Positions 12,641 to 24,717 are shown, numbered from the stretch's first letter. The stretch is DNA of 64,000 nt from Pristiophorus japonicus (GCF_044704955.1 NC_091978.1:349556001-349620000); one strand, 5' to 3'. Numbers and translations: made by a program. The notes: generated from the letters alone by a model not told the origin.

Positions 12641-12980
12641 TGTTCGATCTCTTAATTTTCAATGAGATGCGAACTCCGGTTGTAGATTTAAAGTAATTTT
12701 ATTCCAGCAGCCGCAACAGAACCTTGGCAGGGTTCCAGCTCTTTGTTCTTCTGAGAACACATGGCAAAAATGGCTGTTCTTATCCTGGATCAATTTACAG
12801 AAATGAACTCGCCTCCTTTGACCTTATTGGCTCAATTGACATATTGTTAACCCCTAATTGGCTCGCTGCCAAAAGTCCTAAAATGTCAAGTTGATTGATG
12901 ACTTAATGCAATGTGCTTATTCTCACGTAGACATAGGTCTGTGTTTTCTCAACTTTGCAGCCTGCTTGAATTCTCTATCA
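12641..12980 (-). mobile_element. 340-bp solo LTR, possibly ERV-type, inserted in the Gypsy A integrase region
   Basis: TG..CA ends; interrupts WPGIDSD/LESCV; 4-bp flanks TATG/TCTG; two CCAAT boxes and AATAAA on the minus strand. Confidence 0.65.
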
Positions 12981-13310
12981 TCTGGAATCATGTGTGCATC
13001 AGTGCAATGTTTGCATGCAGCTAAGTAAAGTACAAGCGGAATCTCCGCTGAGTCTTTGGTCGTGGCCAACTAAACTATGGTCGAGGATCCACATCGATTT
13101 TGCGGGCCCTTTCATGGGAAGATGTTTTTTGTTGTGGTGGATGCATGTTCAAAGTGGATAGAATGTATTATTATGTCATCCAGTACATCTACAGATACTA
13201 TTGAGAGACTTCGTGTCATGTTTGCTACTCATGGTTGGCCTAATATTGTTGTGAGCGACAACGGATTTTGCTTCACAAGTCTTGAGCTTCAGGAGTTCAT
13301 GAAACTCAAT

Positions 13311-15370
13311 GTCTGGTGTAAAAATAAAAAAGGGAAGGTGGCTCAACTGTGGCTATCAAGGGAAATCAGGGATAGTATTAAAGCCAAGGAAGTGGCATAC
13401 AAATTGGCCAGAAATAGCAGTGAACCCGGGGACTGGGAGAAATTTAGAACTCAGCAGAGGAGGGTTTGATTAGGGCAGGCAAAATGGAGTACGAGAAGAA
13501 GCTTGCAGGGAACATTAAGGCGGATTGCAAAAGTTTCTACAGATATGTAAAGAGAAAAAGGTTAGTAAAGACAAACGTAGGTCCCCTGCAGTCAGAATCA
13601 GGGGAAGTCATAACTGGGAACAAAGAAATGGCGGACCAATTGAACAAGTACTTCGGTATTCACTAAGGAGGACACCAACAACCTTCCGGATATAAAAGGG
13701 GTCAGAGGGTCTAGTAAGGGGGAGGAACTGAGGGAAATCTTTATTAGTCGGGAAATTGTGTTGGGGAAATTGATGAGATTGAAGGCCGATAAATCCCCAG
13801 GGCCTGATGGACTGCATCCCAGAGTACTTAAGGAGGTGGCCTTGGAAATAGCGGATGCATTGACAGTCATTTTCCAACATTCCATTGACTCTGGATCAGT
13901 TCCTATTGAGTGGAGGGTAGCCAATGTAACCCCACTTTTTAAAAAAGGAGGGAGAGAGAAAACAGGGAATTATAGACCGGTCAGCCTGACCTCAGTAGTG
14001 GGTAAAATGATGGAATCAATTATTAAGGATGTCATAGCAGTGTATTTGGAAAATGGTGACATGATAGGTCCAAGTCAGCATGGATTTGTGAAAGGGAAAT
14101 CATGCTTGACAAACCTTCTGGAATTTTTTGAGGATGTTTCCAGTAAAGTGGACAAGGGAGAACCAGTTGATGTGGTATATTTGGACTTTCAGAAGGCTTT
14201 CGACAAGGTCCCACACAAGAGATTAATGTGCAAAGTTAAAGCACATGGGATTGGGGGTAGTGTGCTGACGTGGATTGAAAACTGGTTGTCAGACAGGAAG
14301 CAAAGAGTAGGAGTAAATGGGTACTTTTCAGAATGACAGGCAGTGACTAGTGGGGTACCGCAATGTTCTGTGCTGGGGGCCCAGCTGCTTACATTGTACA
14401 TTAATGATTTAGACGAGGGGATTAAATGTAGTATCTCAAAATTTGCGGTTGGGTGGCAGTGTGAGCTGCGAGGAGGATGCTATGAGGCTGCAGAGTGACT
14501 TGGATAGGTTAGGTGAGTGGGCAAATGCATGGCAGATGAAGTATAATGTGGATAATTGTGAGGTTATCCACTTTGGTGGTAAAAACAGAGAGACAGACTA
14601 TTATCTGAATGGTGACAGATTATGAAAAGTGGAGGTGCAACGAGACCTGGGTGTCATGGTACATCAGTGATTGAAGGTTGGCATGCAGGTACAGCAGGTG
14701 GTTAAGAAAGCGAATGGCATGTTGGCCTTCATAGCGAGGGGATTTGAGTACAGGGGCAGGGAGGTGTTGCTACAGTTGTACAGGGCCTTGGTGAGGCCAC
14801 ACCTGGAGTATTGTGTACAGTTTTGGTCTCCTAACTTGAGGAAGGACATTCTTGCTATTGAGGGAGTGCAGCGAAGATTCACCAGACTGATTCCTGGGAT
14901 GGTGAGACTGACCTATCAAGAAAGACTGGATCAACTGGGCTTGTATTCACTGGAGTTCAGAAGAATGAGAGGGGACCTCATAGAAACGTTTAAAATTCTG
15001 ACGGGTTTAGACAGGTTAGATGCAGGAAGAATGTTCCCAATGTTGGGGAAGTCCAGAACCAGGGGTCACAGTCTAAGGATAAGGGGTAAGCCATTTAGGA
15101 CCGAGATGAGGAGAAACTTCTTCACCCAGAGAGTGGTGAACGTGTGGAATTCTCTACCACAGAAAGTAGTTGAGGCCAATTCACTAAATATATTCAAAAG
15201 GGAGTTAGATGAAGTCCTTACTACTCGGGAGATCAAGGGGTATGGCGAGAAAGCAGGAAGGGGGTACTGAAGTGCAAGTTCAGCCATGAACTCATTGAAT
15301 GGCGGTGCAGGCTAGAAGGGCTGAATGGCCTACTCCTGCACCTATTTTCTATGTTTCTATGTTTTCTATG
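13311..15370 (+). mobile_element. 5'-truncated CR1 LINE inserted in Gypsy A
   Basis: RT pieces KSPGPDGLHPRVLKE, YRPVSLTSVVGK, DVVYLDFQKAFDKVPH; (TTTCTATG)n tail; splits the host motif MKLN/GIRHV. Confidence 0.97.
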
Positions 15371-16014
15371 TATTAGACATGTGAGGCCAACTCCATTCAA
15401 ACCTGCTTCTAATGGTCAAGCAGAGCATGCTGTTCAAACGATTAAGCAGAGTATGAAACATGTAACTCAGGGTTCACTGCAGACTCGTTTGTCATGTATA
15501 TTGCTCAGTTACAGGTCAAGACCTCATACGCTTACTGGGGTTGCGCCTGCAGAACTACTGATGAAGAGAAATCTCAAGACCAAGCTTTCTCTTGTTCATC
15601 CTGATCTGAATGATTGTGTTGAAAACAGACGTCAAAGTCAGCAATGGTATCATGAGCGTGCTGCTGTGTCATGTGATATCTCGGTCAACGATCTGGTTTA
15701 TGTACTGAACCATGGTCAAGGTCCAAAGTGGATTGCCAGTACTGTTACAGCCAAGGAGGCTAACAGAGTTGTTATTGGCGTGCTTAAGAATGGACAAACA
15801 TGCAGGAAACATGTTGATCAGATAAAACTGCGGCACATAGATGAACTGGAACCGTTTGAGGAAGGTGCAGTCAGTGACCAACCAACCAATGTTCATTCAT
15901 CAGAGGACATGGGTGTCATGACTGAATCTGGACCTTCAGTCACTGATATAGTCATTACCATTCCCATCAGATCGGTTACTCAGCCTCCGGTCACAACTGA
16001 CTCAGAACACTCGC

Positions 16015-19000
16015 TGTCATGTATTCAACTATCAATGTAACCCATGTATAAGCTGACCTAAGTTGTACACCTTGAGAACATTGACCACAAGGGGGTGAAC
16101 TTGTGGGAGACACTCCTAACCTGGACTTTCAGGTATAAAAGGGGAAGCTCCACCCACCTTCATCACTTGAGGTCTTGGTAATCAAGGTAACTGGTCACAG
16201 AGTGACCTTTTCTCAAGTATGGGCCTCGTGTGCATTTATACTGTATAGTAAGGAGATATCATTGGCGACGAGAAACTGGGATTTAAACCAGGCGAGCATG
16301 GCCACTAGCAGCACAGAAGAGAAGTACTGTGTTGATGATGATTTGGACGACTTTATTGAGAGACTACAACAAAGTTTTGTCACGATGGAATAGTTGGGAC
16401 AGGATTCAGGCTGACAAACGCAGGGCTCATCTCCTGACGGTTTGTGGATCCAGAACGTACTCCCTGATGAAGGACCTTCTAGTGCCAGAGAAGCCGGCGG
16501 ACAAGACGTTCGAAAAGCTCAGTAAGTTGATCGGGGAACACCTTAAACCGGCGAGCAGCATTCACATGGCGCGACACCGGTTTTACACGCACCGGTGGCG
16601 AGAAGGGCAAAGTGTTCCAGACTTCGTGGCAGATCTCCGACGACTGGCGAGCCTATGTAAGTTCACAGATGCATGCAGAGCGGGGATGCTGCGAGACTTT
16701 TTTATTGAGGGCATTGGGCACGCTGGGGTTTTCAGGAAACTGATTGAGCCCAAAGACTTGACCTTGGAAGCGACGGCTCTGATAGCCCAGACATTTATCT
16801 CAGGGGAGGAAGAGACCAGAATGATGTATGACAAAAATCTTGGCTCAAATGCGGCAAACAACCAGGGAGTCAACATTGTTAACGCGGCACGCAGTTCTCT
16901 AGGCAGACAAGGGCAATCGGACATGCCCCAGCATGCAGTCGAATCCAAAGGGGGAATTCAACAGAGACGATGGCTAACTGAACGGCGATTCATGCCATTG
17001 TAATCGACAATGCGGCCAGTAATGGGGCCAGCAACACCTGTTAATGGTACACTAAAGGACAGTTACAGAGACAGTCAGAGATGATCGACTGGTAATGGAC
17101 CTTTTGTTTCCAACAACGGGGCCTCCAGCTCATGCTGGAGGTGTGGAGGCAAACAGCCAGCCAGAGCTTGCAGGTATCAGCAATATACCTGCAGAAACTG
17201 CAACGTCAGTGGTCACTTGGCGCGTATGTGCAGGAAGCCTGCAGCCAGGTTGATGTACGAGGAGGATGGGCCCGATGTAAGCCCTACGGGCCAAATGAAT
17301 ACTGGGGGAATTCGCTGGAAGCTGAAGTTCAGCGAGTTCATCTGGAGCACATATACAGTTCATATACCAGGACGCCACCGATAATGATGAAAGTGCTCTT
17401 CAATGGCATCCCAGTATTAATGGAGCTGGACACGGGGGCCAGCCATTCCCTGATGAATATCAAACAGTTCGAAAGGTTGTGGGTGCCCAAGGCCAGGAGG
17501 CCAAAATTATTGCCGATTGACGCACAGCTACGGACATATACAAAGGAGATTATTCCGATGCTAGGCAGCGCCACGGTAGTCGTGACCCACAAAGATTCGG
17601 AGAACAGGTTGCCACTCTGGATTGAACCGGGGGATGGTCCCGCACTACTGGGGAGGAGTTGGCTTGCTGTCATGAACTGGAAATGGGGCGATGTCAATGC
17701 AATTTCTTCGGTGGAGCGAGTATCATGCTCACAGGTCCTGGACAAATTTGACTCATTATTTCAACCCGGCATCGGCACTTTCATGAGGGCCAAGATAGTG
17801 ATTCACATAAACCCGGTCGCCAGGCCAGTATACCACAAGGCCAGAGCGGTGCCGTACATGATGCAGGAAAAGATAGAAGGCGAATTGGACTGCCTGCTGA
17901 GGGAAGGCATCATCTCGCCAGTCAAATTCAGTGACTGGGAGAACCCGATCGTGCCGGTGCTCAAGGCGAATGGGTCGGTCAGGATATATGGTGATTACAA
18001 GGCCACCATCAATCGGGTGTCACTCCAAGACCAGTACCTGCTACCGAGAGCGGAGGACCTTTTTGCGACGCTATCCGGTGGCAAACTTTTTCAAAAATGG
18101 ACCTGACCTCAGCTTACATGACCCAGGAGCTGGCGAGTGAGTCAAAGAAGCTGACCACCATCACGACACACAAGGGGTTGTTTGAGTATAACAGATGTCC
18201 GTTTGGGATTCATTCGGCCGCCGCGAACTTCAGCAAAATATGGAAAGCCTCCTCAAGTCGATTCCAAGGATGGTGGTTTTTCAAGACGACATCCTCATCA
18301 CGGCTCGCGATACTGAAGAACACCTCCACAACCTGGAGGAGGTGCTACCCAGACTGAACCGGGTAGGGCTGCAACTGAAAAAGGCGAAGTGCGTCTTCTT
18401 AGCTCCAGAGGTAGAATTCCTGGGGAGGAGGGTAGCAGCAGACGGGATCAGTCCCACTGTGTCCAAAACGGAAGCGATCCAGAGAGCACCCAGACCCCGT
18501 AACACGACGAAGCTGTGTTCGTTCCTGGGGTTCCTGGAACTATTTTGGTAACTTTCTTCCCAAATTGAGCACGCTGTTAGAGCCGCTACACATGCTCCTA
18601 CGCAAAGGTCGCGATTGGGTCTGGTGGGGACAGACAGGAAAGGGCTTTTGATAGAGCACGCAACTTGTTCTGCTCCAACAAACTGTTAACATTATATGAC
18701 CCGAGTAAGAAACTTGTTCTCATGTGCGGTGCGTCGTCCTGTGGGGTTGGGTGTGTGTTGCAGCATGTGAATGCCAATGGTCAGTTACAGCTGGTAGCTT
18801 ATGCCTCCAGAAGTCTGTCCCAGGCAGAAAAGGGTTACGGGATGGTAGAAAAGGAAGTGCTAGCATGTGTATATGCAGTAAAAAAAATGCACCAGTACCT
18901 GTTTGGCAGGAAATTTGAGCTGGAGACAGATCACAAACCCCTAACGTCCCTTTTGGCGGACAACAAGGCCATAAATGTGACTGCATCAGCCCGCATACAG

Positions 19001-20707
19001 AGGTGGGCACTGACATTAGCCACCTATGACTACACAATTCGGCACAGACCGGGCACTGAAAACTGTGCTGATGCACTCAGCAGGCTCCCACTAGCCACCA
19101 CTGAGGGGGCAACTGAACATGATGCTGAGATGGTCATGGCTGTTGAAGCTTTCGAAAGCGAAGGCTCACCTGTGACAGCCCGTCAGATTAAAGTCTGGAC
19201 AAATAAAGACCCGTTACTGTCTTTAGTTAAGAAATGTGTCCTGAATGGGGACTGGGCAGCCACGTATGGGGCATGCCCTGAGGAGTTTAAACCATTTCAT
19301 AGGTGCAAGGATGAACTCTCGATTCAGGCTGATTGCCTAATGTGGGGAAACCGAATAGTCATGCCCCAGATGGGCAGAGAGGTGTTTATCAGAGAACTTC
19401 ACAATGAGCACCCGGGCATTGTCATGATGAAGGCAATTGCCAGGTCACATGTTTGGTGGCCAGGGATAGATGCAGACCTGGAACACGTGTGCTCAGCTGG
19501 GCAACGCACCCAGGGAAGCACCCCTTAGCCCCTGGTCCTGGCCCGCCAAGCCATGGTCACGCATCCATGTGGACTACGCAGGTCCTTTCATGGGAAAAAT
19601 GTTTTTGGTTGTAGTAGACGCCTACTCCAAATGGATTGAGTGTGCCATTTTAAATTCAAGCACATCCTCTGCCACGGTAGAAAGTCTACGGGCAATGTTC
19701 GCCGCCCATGGTCTACCAGATGTCTTGGGCAGCGACAATGGCCCGTGCTTCACAAGCACTGAAATCCAGGACTTCATGGCAGGCAATTGAATCAACCATG
19801 TCAGAATGGCACCGTTCAAGCCAGCCTCAAACGGCCAGGCGGAATGAGCAGTGCAGATAATCAAACAGGGGATGCTCAGAATCCAATGATGTTCCCTACA
19901 AAGCCGCTTATCACGCCTCCTGTTGGCCAATAGATCCCGACCACACTCGCTCACAGGGGTTCCACCCACAAAGCTGCTAATGAAAAGGACGCTCAAAACC
20001 AGGTTATCCCTAATACACCCCACTATGAAAGAAATTGTTGAGAGCAGGCGTCAGTCACAATGTGACTACCATGACAGGAATTACGCTGCAGGGCCCAAAT
20101 GGCTTGCAGGCACTGTGATTGCCAAAGAGGGGAATAGAGTTTTGGTAGTTAAACATACCAATGGACAAATCTGCCACAAACACGTGGATCAAACTAAAAG
20201 GAGGTTCAGCAACCCCATAAAAGAAGAAGAGGAAGAACACGATGTAGAGTTCACTCCACCACAGGTGACCGAACACAGGAACCAAAGGGAGGAGAGCCCA
20301 ATCACTGTGGGCAGTCCGGACAGGCCTGAGGCACCGCAAACAGCAGACACTCAGGCCAGCGCCCAACAACCGGAGCCCCAACTCAGGCGCTCTACAAGGG
20401 AGCGTAAACCACCAGAGAGACTTAACCTGTGATTCCAATAAGGCTTTGCGGGGGAGGTGATGTCATGTATTCAACTGTCATTGTAACCCATGTATAAGCT
20501 GACCTAAGTTGTACACCTTGAGAACATTGACCACAAAGGGGTGAACTTGTGGGAGACACTCCTAACCTGGACTTTCAGGTATAAAAGGGGAAGCTCCACT
20601 CACCTTCATCACTTGAGGTCTTGGTAATAAAGGTAACTGGTCACAGAATGACCTTCTCTCAAGTATGGGCCTCGTGTGCATTTATACTGTACAGTAAGGA
20701 CATATCA
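16015..20707 (+). mobile_element. Ty3/Gypsy (Mag-like) element B, full length, nested in A
   Basis: LTRs 16015-16261 and 20461-20707; PBS TGGCGACGAG; PPT GGGGGAGGTGA; TSD CTCGC/CTCGC. Confidence 0.97.
16298..20432 (+). pseudogene. gag-pol of Gypsy B (disrupted)
   Basis: Gag RRAHLLTVCG; two zinc knuckles; protease MELDTGAS; RT FQDDIL; RNase H ETDHKPL; integrase HVDYAGPF and SDNGPCF. Confidence 0.93.
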
Positions 20708-21289
20708 CTCGCCGAGAACTAAAGTTGAATTGAGACGATCAAATCATGAGAGGAAAGTCCCAGACTGTCTTAATTTGTAAAGAGAGTGATATTAAGATTT
20801 TGAAAGAGGATGTTGTTATGTATTGATGTTTGGGGTCACCAGACATCAGGGGGCGCCATTGTCGGAGGTCATCGGGCTGTACGTGCGTGTGCGTGGTCAC
20901 TGGTATATAAATGTGGGTACCATGTCACGCGGGTGCTTTGAGTGCGAATAAAGTTGGATCAGGTTTACACCTGAAGCCGTTTACAGGAACAAGACTCTTG
21001 AATCATTACACCTCCGCACAGGGTGCCCAAAGATCAGGAGCGTGGGACTGAAGTCCAACCACAATTTGAGAAGCAGCCCATTCAAATATTGGAATGGGGT
21101 TGCAACCTCACACATTGCACATACACATGGAACACGGACTCAACCAGACCGCAGAAATTGCAGGCGGCCTGGGAATCTGTGAACCGACTTAAAAACCTAT
21201 TAAATGGGACTGTTCCGTGCAACACCCTCCAGGCCAAGTCCCCAATAAATACAGGGAGAACTCCCACATCGAGAGCAACAGCTCTACAA

Positions 21290-21975
21290 CTATTTTAAGT
21301 TGTGATCAGTAATCAATTGCTCCCTGATTAAAGGGGGAGGGACACTCCAAAATCTTTTCAAGTGCCCCCTTGTTTTTTTTTGAGGGCACTAAAACAAATT
21401 ATACAAGTGCCACCTGGCTAAAAGCTGGGGGGGGGGGCACTAAAACCAGCACAATAAACAAATTAAGCTTTAGACAAAAAATATCAAATTAAAATTTGGT
21501 TGCCGGGGCTGATGCCGGGGCTGATGATGTACTTCAGTCCCTCCGGTGTCCACCTCTCATGGAAGGTCGCGAGCGTATCGGTGGACACCGCGTGCTCCAT
21601 CTCTAAGGGCACCCTCGCTCGGATGTAACCACGGAAGAGAGGCAGGCAGTCGGGCTGAACGACCCCCTCGACCGCCCGCTGCCTGGACCGGGTGATGGCC
21701 CCCTTGGCCGTGCCCAGGAGCAGTCCTACGAGGAGGTCTTCCGACCTGCCCGCTCCCCTCCACACAGAGTGCACAAAGATCAGGAGTGTGGGACTGAAGT
21801 GCAACCAGAATTGGAGGAGCAGCCCCTTTAAATATTGGAACGGGGGTTGCAACCTCGTACATTCAATAAAAAGATGGAACACGGACTCTTCCAGACCGCA
21901 GAAATTGCAGGCAGCCTGGGAGCCCGTGAACCGACTTAAAAACTTATTGCAAAGGGAGAACTCCCACATAGAGAG
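21290..21975 (-). mobile_element. Tx1-clade LINE 3' fragment, copy 2
   Basis: CNKFLSRFTGSQAACNFCGLEESVFHLFIEC...GNQILI* plus 3' UTR; flanked by the target 14-mer at 21276-21289 and 21976-21989. Confidence 0.9.
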
Positions 21976-21989
21976 CAACAGCTCTACAA

Positions 21990-22128
21990 CTCTTTTGTTG
22001 CAAACTAATAAATAAACAATTAAATCAAGTGCCCCCTTATTAAAGGGGGGGACACTCCAAACATTTTTCAAGTGCCCTTTTTTTTGTTTTTTTTTTGTGT
22101 GTTTTTTTCTGGGTTTTTTTGTGGGTTT
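21990..22128 (-). mobile_element. Tx1-clade LINE, 3' UTR only, copy 3
   Basis: Shares ATTAAAGGGGG..GACACTCCAAA..TTTTCAAGTGCCC with the copy 2 UTR; flanked by the target 14-mer. Confidence 0.75.
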
Positions 22129-22223
22129 CAACAGCTCTACAAACCTGTGAGCATACATTACACTGGGAAAAGATGACCACTCAAGTTACTTCAATGTTGG
22201 GTAAACCTTTCAGACATTGATGA

Positions 22224-24717
22224 TGTTGTGTATGGAGAAAGAGTCAGACTGAACAATGTGAGCTCAAAGTAAAGTGTGACCTTAGTCTTTTATTGCAGGT
22301 CTCCAAAGTGCCTCTCCAACCTGTGAAGCCTCCTTAAATAACTGTGCTCCCAAGGGATTATGGAATCCCTTGGGACTCCAGGGGATGAGCCCTCTGGTGG
22401 CTGTTCAGAGTGAATACAAGTGTATATATATAAAACAACACTCGCCCGCAAAGTCAATAGTGTGACTATTTACAATGTGAGTCGATCTGGGGCCCTTCTT
22501 GCCCTGGTTGATCGTCTCGGTGTGAAAGCTGGTGTTGTTGAATCATTTGTTGGGCCCTTGCAGGGCTGCTGTGCAGCTGGCCTTGCTGGGCTGCCTGGTG
22601 TGTTGGGCCCTGCTAGGCTGCTGTGGATGATGGCTTCTGCTTCGTGGTCAACCGTGGTGTCGGTTGCCACTGGTGTGTATGTTGGGGAATCAAAAAAGTT
22701 AGGGTCCAAGGTGAGTTGCTCAGGATAGTCCGTGAATCTGAGTTTGATTTGGTCCAAGTGTTTCCGGTGAATGAGTCCATTTGAAAGTTTGACCCAAAAC
22801 ACCCTGCTCCCCTCCTTAGCCACAACAGTGCCAGGAAGCCATTTGAGGCCTTGTCCATAATTTAATACAAATACAGGATCATTGATTTCAATCTCGCGTG
22901 ACACATTTGCGCTATCATGGTATGCACTTTGTTGAAGCCACCTGCTCTCTACCTATTCATGTAGATCAGGGTGAACTAATGAGAGCCTTGTCTTAAGTGC
23001 TCTTTTCATAAGTGCTCTTTTCATGAGCAGTTCAGCAGGTGGGATCCCAGTGAGTGAGTGGGGTCTCGTGCGGTAGCTTAGCAGGACTTGGGATAGGCGA
23101 GTCTGCAGTGAGCCTTCAGTTACCCTCTTCAAACCTTGCTTGAAGGTTTGCACTGCTCTCTCTGCCTGACCATTGAACGCTGCTTTAAACGGGGCAGATG
23201 TGACATGTTTGATCCCGTTGCGGGCCATGAATTCTTCGAACTCAGCACTGGTAAAACATGGCCCGTTGTCGTTCACCAGGACATAGGGTAGGCCATATGT
23301 GGCAAACGTGGCCCGCAGGCTTTCAGTAGTGGCAGCGGACGTGCTAGCCGACATTATTTCATATTCAATTGGAGTACGCGTCTACAACCACAAGGAACAT
23401 TTTACCCAAGAACGGGCCTGTATAGTCGACGTGTACCCGAGACCACGGTTTGGAGGGCCAAGACCATAAACTTAGCGGTGCCTCACTGGGTACATTGCTT
23501 AATTGCAAGCATGTATTACATTTGTGAACGCAGGACTCTAAGTCCGCATCGATACCGAGCCACCACACGTGGGATCTGGCTATCGCTTTCATCATTACGA
23601 TGCCTGGGTGGGTACAGTGGAGGTCATTGATGAAGGTGTCTCTGCCCTTCTTGGGGACCACTACTCGATTGTCCCACAGAAGGCAGTCTGCCTGTATAGA
23701 CATTTCATCTTTGTGCCACTGGAACGGCTTTATCTCTTCCTGCATTTCCACCGGGCACTGGACCAGCTCCCATGAAGCACACAGCTTTTGACTAGAGATA
23801 ATAAGGGGTCCTGGCTTGTCCAGGTTTTGATCTGCCGGACAGTGACGGGTGATTGCTCACTCTCAAATGCTTCCATAACCAAGGCTAGATCTGCGGGCTG
23901 CGCCATTTCGACCTCCGTGATGGGCAATGGCAGCCTACTGAGAGCATCGGCGCAGTTTTCTATGCCTGGCCTGTGGCGGATGGCATAGTTGTATGCGGAC
24001 AACGTGAGCGCCCATCTCTGGATGCGAGCCGATGCGTTGTTATTTATCCCTTTACTCTCGGAGAACAGGGATACAAGTGTCTTATGGTCAGTTTCCAATT
24101 CGAATTTTAGCCCAAACAGGTATTGATGCATTTTCTTTACCCCATAGCTAACGCTTCTTTCTCAATCATGCCGTAGGCTCCCTCAGCCTTAAACAGACTC
24201 CTGGATGCATAAGCAACCAGTTGCAGTTTCCCGAAATCATCAGCTTGTTGCAATACACACCCGATGCCATATGACGACACATCACATGCAAGTACCAAAC
24301 GCTTACATGGATCATACAACACAAGCAATTTGTTTGAGCATAACAATTTTCTCGCTTTTATAAAGGTATTTTCTTGGCTTTTGCCCCAAACCCATTCGTC
24401 CCCTTTTCGTAGTAAGACATGCAGTGGTTCTAACAGTGTGCTGAGACCCGGTAAGATGTTACCAAAGTAGTTCAGGAGTCCTAGAATCGACCGCAGCTCC
24501 GTCACGTTCTGCGGCCTCGGTGTGTTCTCGATTACCTCCGTCTTCATGTTGGTGGGCCTGATGCCGTCCGCCGCAATCCTCCTTCCCAGGAACTCCACTT
24601 CAGGTGCCAGGAAAACGCACTTCGAGCATTTTAACCTGAGCCCCATGCGGTTGAGTCGACTAAGAGCCTCCTCCAGGTTCTGCAGATGCTCGACTGTGTC
24701 CCGACCTGTGACCAAGA
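22224..24717 (-). mobile_element. Ty3/Gypsy element C, 3' half only (RT end, RH, IN, 3' LTR 22224-~22437)
   Basis: Minus-strand ORFs EHLQNLEE, ETDHK, HVDYTGPF, NGPCF; LTR related to the element D LTR. Confidence 0.92.

Larger units (their letters stand above)
9716..16014 (+). pseudogene. gag-pol of Gypsy A (many stops and frameshifts; interrupted)
   Basis: ORF pieces LRDFFVIGI, CWRCGGNH, KLDLTSAY, FQDDIL, LACDAS, DHKPL, VVSDNG, PFKPASNGQAE. Confidence 0.9.
9486..21010 (+). mobile_element. Ty3/Gypsy (Mag-like) LTR retrotransposon A, full length, degenerate, with three nested insertions
   Basis: LTRs 9486-9677 and 20814-21010 (TG..CA); PBS TGGTGACGAG at 9680; PPT GAAAGAGGA near 20802; TSD CCTCC/CCTCC; gag, PR, RT (FQDDIL), RH and IN pieces. 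Confidence 0.95.
9122..21275 (-). mobile_element. Tx1-clade LINE 3' fragment, copy 1 (9122-9485 plus 21011-21275), split by Gypsy A
   Basis: ORF2 C-terminus GVLPVFIGDLAWRVLHG..ACNFCGLVESVFHVYVQC..AKVAINRSR..IRARVSLEMEH (zf-RVT-like); bounded by CAACAGCTCTACAA on both sides. Confidence 0.85.
8773..22162 (-). mobile_element. Solo-LTR-like repeat (~260 bp net: 8773-9121 plus 22143-22162) split by a Tx1 array and nested elements
   Basis: Terminal inverted TGTAATGTA...TACATTACA; AATAAA on the minus strand; close second copy at 50329-50913. No flanking TSD found. Confidence 0.75.

Noticed and set aside
9108-22142. Repeated 14-mer with variable spacers as a CRISPR-like array
   Set aside because: The context is eukaryotic, there are no cas genes, and the spacers are all Tx1 3' ends. 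The repeats are target-site duplications.
21484-22158. 224-aa ORF as a host gene
   Set aside because: It is a chance read-through of the LTR end, the Tx1 copy 3 UTR and the Tx1 copy 2 ORF2 C-terminus.
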